This document shows positions 1-9,302 of a stretch of DNA of 13,460 nucleotides, one piece after another. Where the stretch lies: NCBI GenBank assembly GCA_052426225.1, contig JBNJNM010000005.1, positions 1 through 13,460 of the forward strand. Direction: 5' to 3'. The notes under the pieces were generated by a model. It ran no database searches, had not been told where the DNA came from, and saw nothing but the letters and a program-made list of their open reading frames with translations. The position numbers and the translations under genes are program-made. This stretch comes from Zancudomyces culisetae HAW-14-8 (Eukaryota; Fungi; Kickxellomycota). Every line of letters starts with the position of its first letter. Position 1 is the first letter of the stretch.

Positions 1-499
1 CTGAAAGTTTTTCGGCACTGACTGCACCTCCGTCACGGATTGCTTCGTGCATGAAGTAATCCAAAGATCTTTTAACGGCTGATAAACGGTACTGGATGTC
101 ATATAACATCGCATCAGTACGTTTATTGTCACCTGATAATTTGATGTTTTCCTCTGGTGGTTCATAATCCATGCCAGAGTTTCTTGGGATGGCTGCGTAA
201 AACTTTTTGCGTTCGACATCTGCCAGTGGTGTCCAAAAGAAATCCTGTTCAACTGTTGGTAGCGCATTTTGCAGTTTTGGATACATGACCAGGTCTGATG
301 GTGTTGGTCTGGGAACCACGAAGTTTTCAACTGAATCATCGTCGACTGCATCAACGATTGATGGAGCAGTGATGTTTGCTGAATCACTGATTTCTGATAC
401 TGACATGTGATCATTTGGTGCGGTTTGTTTTTCAAGAGCTGATAATCTCTCCAAAATCTGTTGCAAAACTTCAACTGTAACGTTTGCATTTTGACTCAT
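1..499 (-). CDS. gag: DIRS gag-like protein, N-terminal part (partial)
   Basis: ATG at 499 (MSQNANVTVEVL...), identical to 9649-10147. Confidence 0.8.
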   Translation of the reverse strand, partial: MSQNANVTVEVLQQILERLSALEKQTAPNDHMSVSEISDSANITAPSIVDAVDDDSVENFVVPRPTPSDLVMYPKLQNALPTVEQDFFWTPLADVERKKFYAAIPRNSGMDYEPPEENIKLSGDNKRTDAMLYDIQYRLSAVKRSLDYFMHEAIRDGGAVSAEKLS

Positions 500-612
500 T
501 ATTGAAAATTTAACTATTAACTTTTATAAATACTATGTATTTTTTATAAGCTGGTTGAGTACCTAGCGAAAGAAAAGATGGTAAAGATTCATCAGGAAAC
601 AGGGGATATCAG

Positions 613-620
613 TTTATATA
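613..620 (-). promoter_or_regulatory. Putative TATA box (TATATAAA) for the element's gag transcript; also at 10261-10268
   Basis: Consensus TATATAAA about 114 bp upstream of the gag ATG. The AT-rich background lowers specificity. Confidence 0.45.
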
Positions 621-900
621 TGGTTTAAATTTATTTTATTTAGTTAGTTTTACTTATTTTATAAAAATTATACAGTGATGTCTGTCATTACACACATCAT
701 TACGTATAAAGTTTCTAAATTTAAACACTCTTTTTATCGATTTAATTTTTTTACCAAATTTTAAGGTAATGGATTAATCGATAAAAATACTATCTAGAAA
801 AGAGTTTTCGATTTATAATAAAGATTGGTACACACATAATTGTATCTGGATAATTGAAGCATAATTAAAAATCAACTAACTTGTCATTATAAAAAGAAAA

Positions 901-1440
901 TTAAAAGTATGGAACAATCCAGGAATAGGAATGTGCAAACTGATCACCAATTTCAAGAGCTAAATGAGGTAAGTCACTCACTGTGTTTCTAAGAGCTACA
1001 AAACATCTACCTGTACAATTAGACTGTGTGCAGAACATCACAGCACCTTTTTTGCCACGAACATTACCAATTTTTACAGATGCAAACCTAGACATTGCAT
1101 GGCATTTGTTTGGTTCGGCATAGAAGGTACCCATTGGGCTGACAAATGGTCTATATTGAAACAGTTCAAGTTTCAATTTTCTAACTTTGCGCCTGCGTCT
1201 GGGTCTGTCTTTGTCGTCCATCTCATTAAAGTTGGACTCCAGGATAGCATTTTTATCTAACGCTTGTACATTCTGATTCTGTGCACTTTGTGCATTGTAC
1301 TCATTCTGTGCACTTTGTGCATTGTACTCATTCTGTGCACTTTGTGCATTGTACTCATTCTGTGCACTTTGTGCATTGTACTCATTCTGTGCAAAGGCTG
1401 AACTAAGTACCAAGGTGCTGAGGATTACTGACTTGATCAT
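901..1440 (-). CDS. Secreted prepro-protein (179 aa) with AQNEYNAQS repeats and a beta/gamma-crystallin-like C-terminal domain
   Basis: Signal peptide MIKSVILSTLVLSSAFA, 4 nonapeptide repeats, acidic linker, RPRRRRKVRK, then a ~90-aa domain with 4 Cys and two Greek-key-like motifs (LELFQYRPFVS...KCHAMSRFASVKI; VMFCTQSNCTGRC...VSDL...GDQFAHS). A-rich start context and an upstream TATA. The fold call is by eye. Confidence 0.85.
   Translation of the reverse strand: MIKSVILSTLVLSSAFAQNEYNAQSAQNEYNAQSAQNEYNAQSAQNEYNAQSAQNQNVQALDKNAILESNFNEMDDKDRPRRRRKVRKLKLELFQYRPFVSPMGTFYAEPNKCHAMSRFASVKIGNVRGKKGAVMFCTQSNCTGRCFVALRNTVSDLPHLALEIGDQFAHSYSWIVPYF
1276..1393. repeat. Coding minisatellite, 27-bp unit x ~4.4
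   Basis: Perfect tandem copies of attctgtgcactttgtgcattgtactc, encoding the AQNEYNAQS repeat on the minus strand. Confidence 0.97.
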
Positions 1441-1534
1441 TTTTGAGTATTTTTCTTTCTTTTCTACTCTAGATAAGATTGTTGACTTTAAAGAGGGATA
1501 ATTAGATTGCTGTTAATGTTGAAAAAAACTGTGC

Positions 1535-1542
1535 TTTATATA
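1535..1542 (-). promoter_or_regulatory. Putative TATA box (TATATAAA) of the secreted-protein gene; also at 11125-11132
   Basis: GG-TATATAAA-GC about 95 bp upstream of the ATG at 1440. Confidence 0.55.
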
Positions 1543-4150
1543 CCTTCCACATAGTGGAATGGGTTGCTAAAAGACATATTATTATAAAAGTATTCTGATA
1601 CAGTAGGATTAACACCATAGTTTTGGTAGTATAATATTTCTACTATACTTTCACAAGAACTGGGTGCTAGAAGTGATGAAACTCATTTTATAAGGTGTCC
1701 AGATTCTTATTTTTTAATATTATTTTAAACTGCCCTTTTCTTATTAGCTAAAATAGTGATATGCAGCAATAATTTTGAAATATACGTATTAATATAACTC
1801 CAGATAATATTTTAGAAATTGTTTAGTGCTATCCAAAATAATTGATCTACATTCACTATTTAGGTAAAAAATAAGTTTTTTTAGCCTTCCTTTTTTGTTT
1901 TAGAGTAGAATTATTAAAAATAATACTTTTATTTATATACAGTTCATTTCATTTTTTAAGAAATATCCTAATTATCAATAAATACTAGAAAACACACTAC
2001 AATCCTTCCAATAAAACTGTGTATTAGATGAAGAGAAGATTATATTTCCTGTTTTCCAAAGTCTAAGTTATAATTTTTTTTATTAGTATAGCCCATTTCT
2101 ATATCGAGTTTAGGCTAGAATGAAGTCTAGAGTTTTATCAATTTCAATATTTCTCATGGCTATACTAAAAAATCACATGGTCCAGAATATCAATTATTTT
2201 GTTTGGTCAACAGCTTTGTTTTGAAGTCTCGAATCGGCTTAATATAAATAACCTTTGGTACTTTATTAGCGAAACATATTGTGGAACCTCTACTCTTTAC
2301 AAGAAATCTGGGTTCAAAAAAATAATAACTGGTCATTACTTATTGAGAGTTTTCGGGGCACAAACTATTGGTGCGACCAAACCATTCGTTGAACAAAAAT
2401 GTTTTATTTCTCTGTTATGTTTACAAACTACGAATTTGAGAAATAACGACTATATGAAAAATGTAAGCATTACTTTTTATGGTAGAGCGTAGTACGTTTG
2501 AAAGAGTTAAGATTATTTTTATTTTCCTGAAACGAATTTTATAGATTTATGATATTACCTGGGTAATCTTAAAGCTTAAAATTGCGTAGAATATCCAAAT
2601 ATTCAAAATTACAATGGATTTTTAATAATATGCAGTCTCCATAATATTTCTGATAGTAATCGTTTCTAAATAGTATAGATTATTCATTGAATGTGTCAAT
2701 AAACTGCTAGAGAGAATAATTATTGATAAATATCTGAAAGCTAAAAAATAATATTTTTACCCTTTACAGCTTACACCTTACCTATTCTGATATAATTTTG
2801 TGTGTTTTTATTACAATCTTTCTATTTGAGAATTCATGTGTAACTTGATACTACCTCTTGAAATACACAATTATACACCATTATACCGCCTACTGTACAG
2901 ATATAGCCTGACCTGTATCAATTATACCCAAATTCGAGGTACGACCAAGTCAACAGAAATTGTTTATCATAGGGTTATCTGTACGTCAACTCTTGAAGGC
3001 TGTGGTGATGCTAGAAGCCTAAAATTTTGCCAAATTTCTAGAAAATCAGCTAACTGTATTTATCTTCATTAAACTATCTTGTAAAGAAAAATTATTTCTT
3101 CAATCTGAATACATAGCTGCCAGGTAACTTTGTATTAAAATTCAAAACTAATTTAGAAATGACTAGTATCAATCCTATTAAAACAATTCATACTACCCAA
3201 AGGGTGTAAAATGTTTTTTTGATTTCAAACTTGGAATTTTAGAAACTATACGCTGAAAACTTGAATTATCAGAAAATTCCAAAACCACTTTAATCAGGTG
3301 ATAATGTATTTCGACAAGGAGTAAAACTAGACTAACCGAAGCTTATAGTAACCTAGAAAAAAAACAATATGTTATCTTGGTATCAGTTTCTGTGTACGTA
3401 ACAAAAGATCAATGTAAAATACATTTATAATCACACATACACATCATCATAGATGGAAATATACTTGCCGTTTATAATCAGATATTAATGCATCCAAGAA
3501 GTTTGAATGTGTTTGCAAAATGGTTTCACATTTTCACCTGCTGGTTAGCACTAAAAGGGTCTGAATACATAATCCCTATTTTGGAGTATCCATAAGGGAA
3601 ACAAAACTAAGGTGTAAACCTAACTGTGGCTTTGTATCCAATAAAGATTAGTGGTGTGTCAGCACTTTTTTTATACAAGTTAAATGGTAATTTGGCTGCA
3701 TTAGTCGGAATGAAACCCTTGTATGCTTGGATAGAGGGATAGTACATACATTACCTTGATGTTTGGTGGGCACCCATTGTAAATTAAAAGATCTTTAATT
3801 AACATTTTCAACATTTTGTATAAAATCTAGGTGCAATTATTTTTATTCATCAATCAAGGGGTACTTGTGTTAGTAAATATGTGTATTGAAACGTTTTATT
3901 GCCTGTTATTTATCTTTAATTGTGTTTATTTAATGAATCGTTACTAACTTCCTAGCAGTATATAAATGAAAATGTAAAAGATAATTATAAAATAAATGAT
4001 TCTAAAAATTTCGCCCCCATCCTCATTCCTCGGTCCCTACCTATCCTATATGTGGTAATCGAACACCCGAAATGTTGTATAAAAATCACAACAGGATAGT
4101 ATGATTAAGTGGGGTACATGAAACTGGGGTATTGAGCGAATGTATAAAAA

Positions 4151-4531
4151 TTACACATTCATAGTGCCTTCTTTGTCCAGTTTTTGTCCATCGGGATCGA
4201 GATTATCCAATAGGTCCCTTTCCAGAGCTCTTGTAACATTATCGTTCTTATTATATTTGTGATGTAGTTCAATTAGCTCAAATTTGATCTCTTGTTTAAT
4301 CCGGAATAAATACTTGCGGTATTCTAAATACAAATACACAATCGCAATCGCCACCAGGAAAATCGGAAGTTCTACAGCTATCAAGCTGAGTAAAAATTTG
4401 ATGTTCATGTTTCCAAATATTAAAATGAAGATTAAAATTAACTTTAGATTTAAAAATATTACTAGTGCAATGTTTGTTAGCCTCTTTATCGTGATTGACG
4501 ATTGCCTTTTTATTTTTGAAGCGGTTGCCAT
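4151..4531 (-). CDS. Hypothetical small membrane protein (126 aa, or 85 aa from ATG 4408)
   Basis: One or two hydrophobic segments followed by EYRKYLFRIKQE and a charged helical tail. No recognisable family. Confidence 0.45.
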   Translation of the reverse strand: MATASKIKRQSSITIKRLTNIALVIFLNLKLILIFILIFGNMNIKFLLSLIAVELPIFLVAIAIVYLYLEYRKYLFRIKQEIKFELIELHHKYNKNDNVTRALERDLLDNLDPDGQKLDKEGTMNV

Positions 4532-6312
4532 ATTCGTTACCGGTGAAGTTTTTATTTCAGTTTTAGGTTTATTCTATACATGTTAATTTCTTTATAATAA
4601 ACGAATTTGATGGTAAATGTAAAAAGTAGTGAACTTTATTGTTATATATCCAAAGTTCAATAATTTTTAAAAATGTATAAAGCATTTATTCAATATCAAC
4701 AAATATTTCAATGAACACTTTGTGAGTTGAATGAGGAAATGTATTGTATCTAGTAGAAAAAAAGATGGAATATATGATTCCAAAGTGATATTCCAAAGGC
4801 AGTATGATTGTTTACATTGATTTTATTGTGGTGCTAGTAATGCAGTGAAAGTTTAGCATTAGTAAATTATTCATCAAAGACTATTTCATCGTTTTTGCTA
4901 GTGTTGAAAAAAGGAATTGAAAGTAAAAGAATTTGATAACTAATTATATTTTTCAAACCACGGTCTTACATTTGGTAAATCATTATTACAGTTTGGTGTA
5001 ATTTAATGCTGAATGCCAAGTATTTTTATTTACCGTTTCTTTTTGTTGGAATGTAAATAATTAAAGTCTTTGTTTAAAGTTTTAAAATAGTATATATTAT
5101 GTGGTCTTGTTCCCTTGAAACCCAAACAAACAGTTTAGTTGTAAAAATAAAGAGTATTGATGTTGAAATATCTAACAAACAAATACCAAATAATTTATGC
5201 GTTGAATTCCATTGTAACTACAAAACCTAAAGTTTGGTTCAACAGATACTACGGATGGCTATACCCCTAAAAGCCTATTTGATCTTAAGACTTTTTTTCT
5301 TTTTCCTTTTCCTTTTACTTTTTCTTCTCCTTTATAATTGTTATTATCTTGAAGAACCATTTACTTTGTATATAAGCAATATAATTCCTGTATCGAAACA
5401 CAGTTTTTTATGCCAAATAGCTAAAAGAAAACACATAACCTAGTTACTGATCTAGAGTTCATGTACAAACATCCAATTACCAATATGAGTAATTCTAAAC
5501 TAAAACATAGTTGGCTTTTTGGTTTGATTCTATGTGCTTAATTTATGCTGATACTCAGGTTCTGTCATGCTCTTTTTACATCATCAATATATTTATTATT
5601 ACATCCAACAAGGTTTAGCTCACTATACCAGTTGTTATTAAGCACTACCGGAAAGAATAAACTCACCATCTAGCGCTCTGTTTACCATGCTTCAAACAGT
5701 CTTTAAAAAAATTATTTTATGCTATATTTAAACATGACTGTAATACCTGTACCTCTTCCAGATTTAGACTTCGAAACCATTAATATGCTTATAAACCTAT
5801 TAATTTATGATTTTCTTTATTTGCCCTTTTTAATATTTATCTTTTATTCCATTAAATTATTCTATTGAACAATATTAAACTATCCTATACAAGTGTTATC
5901 ATCCAGCTATCTCTTCAAATTTAAATATTGATTTTCCGAAAATGCTAGAAAGTGGTCTAGCCAAAATTAATATTGAATCATTACACTATAAATTGTAGTT
6001 CTTGGGTAATCACTATTTTTGTAAGTTGACTGGTGTGTATTCATACTAACTCCAATATTCATATACGAATAACTACGGCATCCGAGAATAGGAAAAGGAA
6101 ATTGAGTCAAGTGGAATAGATGATCATATATACAAGTTGCCATTTTTTAGTTTGAGTAGCGAGTACACCTATTAAAATTGTTGTATATGATCTTGTTGAT
6201 GATCCTTTTTTCTTTTCTTTTTCTTTTATGATGTATTTTTTTCGGCTACTTTTAACAAGAATCACCCAAAATAAAAATAACCCTCACTTTACTTAGAAAT
6301 AATAACCCCAAA

Positions 6313-6429
6313 AATATTGACTCGTTAGTATGAATATCAAATCTGAAATAGGGTATATTATAATATGATTAGTTGAATGAAATGAAAACTTATTATTATT
6401 ATGCTTCACTTATCCAGATACAATTATGT
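6313..6429. repeat. Internal complementary region (ICR)-like bipartite inverted repeat
   Basis: 6398-6429 is the reverse complement (31/32) of 10482-10513 and 834-865. 6324-6336 is the exact reverse complement of 6038-6050, and 6313-6319 of 6053-6059. Confidence 0.75.
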
Positions 6430-7440
6430 AGCTTCAGAGTTCAAGATAAATTGAGTTAAATTTTCACGAGTTCTACGTGATAATTGATAATAAGTATCAA
6501 ATATATCTTTACTTGCCCAAAATCCTTGTGCAATAACATCTTCGTATGTCGCACCTAGCTTTGTAGCTCTAGTAGATCCTAATGCTCGAGCTTTTGGTAA
6601 CTTTGCGCTTTCTGGTAACTGCAAGAGTGACATCAATGAATTAATGTGTTTACTGATTTGTTGTGCCCCAATGTGTTTGTCGTTATACTTTAAGTTGCGG
6701 ATAAGGTAGTACAATTGTACTCCATCGAGGATCAGATGGTTTGCAACACTCGGAAAAGTTGCAATGCGTTTTTTATATGCTCTGTATGTTACTACAGGAC
6801 ATAATTTATAGTCGCTATGTGCGTGGATTATACTGACCTTTTCAATCGGATTTCCACTTCGCTTTTCTTTTGGTCCAACAATAACAAATTTAACATAATC
6901 TTTATTGATTTCCGTCTTTGAATCGTCGATTCGTTCAATGTCAGAAGGTCTCAAAAATCCACAAATTTCTAGCAACCAACAAAATTTAATTGTTAAATTT
7001 TGCTTGCTCATTTTAAAATTTGAACCAAATTTTTTAATATGTTCGATAATCGGTTTAATATCGTAGTTTGGGTTGTTAAACGATCGAACTGAAGTTTAAT
7101 CGAGCTGTTTTAAATAATCAATCATCAAAATATCGCTGCTAAATGTTCGCCATTCAGCATTAATATCGATGATAGCTGACTTGTAGTTTTTTATAGTACC
7201 AACTTTTAAATTGTTACTAATACGATGTTCATCAAGGAAATTCATAACATCAACAACTGAAACGTTATTAATATCAAGTTTTGCAGACTCTAACCACTTA
7301 ATAAACTTTACCTTGATGTTGTAATATTGTTTTTGTTTTGCCATATTTCGTTTACCAGTTGTCATTAACGTGATAACTGAATCTTTTAAACCCGTTTTTT
7401 CAAGGCGTGCGCGCTTAATTTCCAAGCCGTAAGCGACCAT
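6424..7440 (-). pseudogene. DIRS tyrosine recombinase with one in-frame stop (7096-7098)
   Basis: ORFs 7096-7440 and 6424-7011 are in frame, joined by KQLD*TSVRSFNNPNYDIKPIIEHIKKFGSNFK. N-terminal integrase SAM-like region (TIKNYKSAI). Catalytic motifs LRPSD, KEKR, LCPV, PKARALGS, GFW, TYY. Confidence 0.9.
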
Positions 7441-9302
7441 GTTTTGTTTATCTGTGTCACTTGCTTTCCGCTTTTTGGATCCGGAATTTTATGTGGAGCT
7501 AATATCTTGATCGGTGGAGCTATTAGCATGCTCTTGAGGTCTGGATACCATGGTGCTGAGATCCAAAACGGTGTTATCAATGTCGCTGATACTTTGTCCT
7601 GTCTGATCTTCTGTAGTGTTTTCTGTATCAGATTCCATGGTGGACAAAGGTATGGATTCGTCCAAATGCTCCAATGATGATTGAATGCATTCGTTTTTGC
7701 TGCTTCTGGTGTCCATTTCCAACTCACAAATGTTGGTAGTTTGTGGTTGTTGTTGTTGGCAAACATGTCCACATCGTGTGGACCGAACTGTTTCTGTATC
7801 TTCTGAAACATCTTGTCTGATAGTGACCACTCTGTTTGAGCTGTTAAACGTGATGGTGCATCCGCTGGATTCAGTATTGATGGCACATACTGAATCTGAA
7901 CCCGAGTGCCATTGCTGATGCAGTGTCTCCAAATTGCTTCCGAAATGTCCATCAGATTCACTGATTTGGTTCCCCCATGCTTCTTGATGTAGCTGATTGA
8001 TGTGTTGTTGTCGCAATATACAACAACACTCTTTCCCTGAACCTGTGGCAGCTTCACTGCATACTGGATTGCTAATAATTCCTTCGCATTGATAGGGAGC
8101 TTCATCTGTTGTCGTGTCCATGTCCCCGTATACAGATTGCTGTCTATCACTATCCCCCAGTGATTGTCACTCGCATCCGTATATACTTCTATCTCTGGGA
8201 TTTCCGGAAGGAAGCATAGACCATTCCATTGCTTCAGATGGTTCCTCCACCACGTCAGATTGTCCAGTGCGGGCTGATTCAGTGTTACTTGTGAACTCCA
8301 ATTTGTGGTGCGTTTCAGAGTGTTGTTTTTGAGCTCTAACAACCTCCTGCTCATCAGTCGTCCCGGTCTGAGTGCTATATTCACTGCCTGCGTTTTGCCA
8401 ATGAATGATGCCAGATCGTTCAGTGTTGTACACCCTTTGTGTATCAACCTGGATGCCTCTCTCGCTAAATTTTTGAGTTTCTGTTTGGGTATCTTGAAAC
8501 TCATTTGACGGCTGTTGATGTCCATCCCAAGATGCGTAATACATTGTTTGGGATGTATTGATGACTTTTCCTGATTGATCAGGAATCCCAGTTTCACCAG
8601 TTTCTTGGACACCATGTTTGTGAACTTTAGACACTCTGTTTTTGTTGATCCTAAGATTAACAAATTGTCTAAGTAGCTCGACATTCGTATCCCGCGAGCT
8701 CTGGCCCATTTCAGTACTGGTTTTAGTATTTTTGTGAATACTAGTGGGCTTAAAGATAGACCAAATGGGAGCACCCTGTACTGGTAGGTGCGACCGCCCC
8801 ATGTAAACCTGAGATACTTTCTGGACGTTTTGTTGATCAATACGTGTAGAAAAGCATCGCTGAGGTCTATGCTGGTCATATAATCCCCTTTGCGGATCAT
8901 TCTGGAGATAGTTGTGAGCGACTCCATCTTTAAATGTCGCTGTGGGATGTACTGATTTAAAGGTCTTAAATTCAGTACCATCCGCGTGCCTCCGTTCTTC
9001 TTTGGGATTGTAAACGGATTTGAGTAGAACCCTGGCTGTGCGGATGAAGCTTCCTCTATTGCTTTCTTTGACAGGAGGTTTGCTATCTCCTGTTCGATCA
9101 CTTTTTCTGGAAGCTTTTTCAGGTTGTAACCGAACGGTTTTTTCTGCGTGACCGTCGGTGGATGCGTTTTGAAGGGGATTCTGAACCCTTCTGAGATCAC
9201 TTGGAGTATTCATTTGTGATCTGTGAGGCGCATCCAAGCCTCCTGAAACATCCTCAGTCTCCCTCCTACTTTCGGTGTTTGCTGCTGTTTGCAAACCGAA
9301 AA
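7386..9302 (-). pseudogene. pol: DIRS pol: reverse transcriptase, RNase H and DNA N6-adenine methyltransferase-like domain; TGA at 9210-9212 and YLDN active site
   Basis: Frame opens at 9302: PKVGGRLRMFQEAWMRLTDHK*ILQVISEGFRIPF. RT motifs IPKKNGGTRMVLNLRPLN, DLSDAFLHV, LPFGLSLSP, YLDN. RNase H motifs YTDASD, INAKELLA, CDN, NPADAPSR. MT motifs DVDMFA, CPPW, LITPFW, PWYPDL. Confidence 0.93.
7489..8121 (-). pseudogene. Middle segment of the overlapping YR-frame ORF
   Basis: The frame is open from 8166 to 7492, bounded by single stops at 8167-8169 and 7489-7491. Confidence 0.55.

Larger units (their letters stand above)
1..892 (-). mobile_element. 5' portion of a second copy of the DIRS1-like retrotransposon (truncated by the window edge)
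   Basis: Identical to 9649-10540. Includes the gag start and the ICR-complementary segment at 834-865. The boundary is approximate. Confidence 0.85.
1..3870 (+). repeat. Large direct repeat, copy A (runs off the left window edge)
   Basis: 1-3870 matches 9649-13460. Offset is 9648 before the 58-bp indel and 9590 after it. Identical ORFs recur (207/9855, 2199/11789, 2836/12426). Confidence 0.98.

Noticed and set aside
207-410. Plus-strand 67-aa ORF (and its copy at 9855-10058)
   Set aside because: Antisense shadow of gag with a TTG start.
1276-1393. 27-bp repeats as a CRISPR array
   Set aside because: Contiguous units with no spacers, in-frame coding, eukaryotic context and no cas genes.
1295-1501. 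Plus-strand Cys-rich repeat ORF (YSFCALCAL)n
   Set aside because: Antisense translation of the minisatellite with a TTG start; the minus strand has the coherent gene structure.
2199-3072. ORFs 2199-2492 and 2836-3072 (copies at 11789-12082 and 12426-12662)
   Set aside because: Short, no recognisable motifs. A faint gypsy RNase H-like phrase (GHKLLVRPNH) in another frame is too weak to call.
3520-3780. Possible spliced minus-strand mini-gene (ATG GGT GCC...AG/GTAATG...GCTAAC CAGCAG)
   Set aside because: The spliced product hits a stop almost immediately; no supportable CDS.
1-3870. Large direct repeats as LTRs or Ngaro/PAT-type split direct repeats
   Set aside because: The repeat includes gag coding sequence and a host-like gene and runs off both window edges, so it is a segmental repeat, not an element terminus.
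4284-4586. Plus-strand 100-aa ORF
   Set aside because: TTG start, antisense to the more protein-like 4151-4531 ORF.
5234-5443. Hydrophobic 69-aa ORF
   Set aside because: The hydrophobicity comes from a T/C-rich low-complexity tract; TTG start.
7444-8508. Four short plus-strand ORFs
   Set aside because: Antisense shadows of the dual-coding pol region.
7386-9200. RT as a bacterial retron, DGR or group II intron system
   Set aside because: The RT-RNaseH-MT fusion with upstream gag and downstream YR is diagnostic of DIRS retrotransposons.
7096-9212. Alternative genetic code or RIP explaining the in-frame stops
   Set aside because: Both TGA and TAA interrupt, Trp is TGG elsewhere, and the mutations are sparse with mixed contexts.
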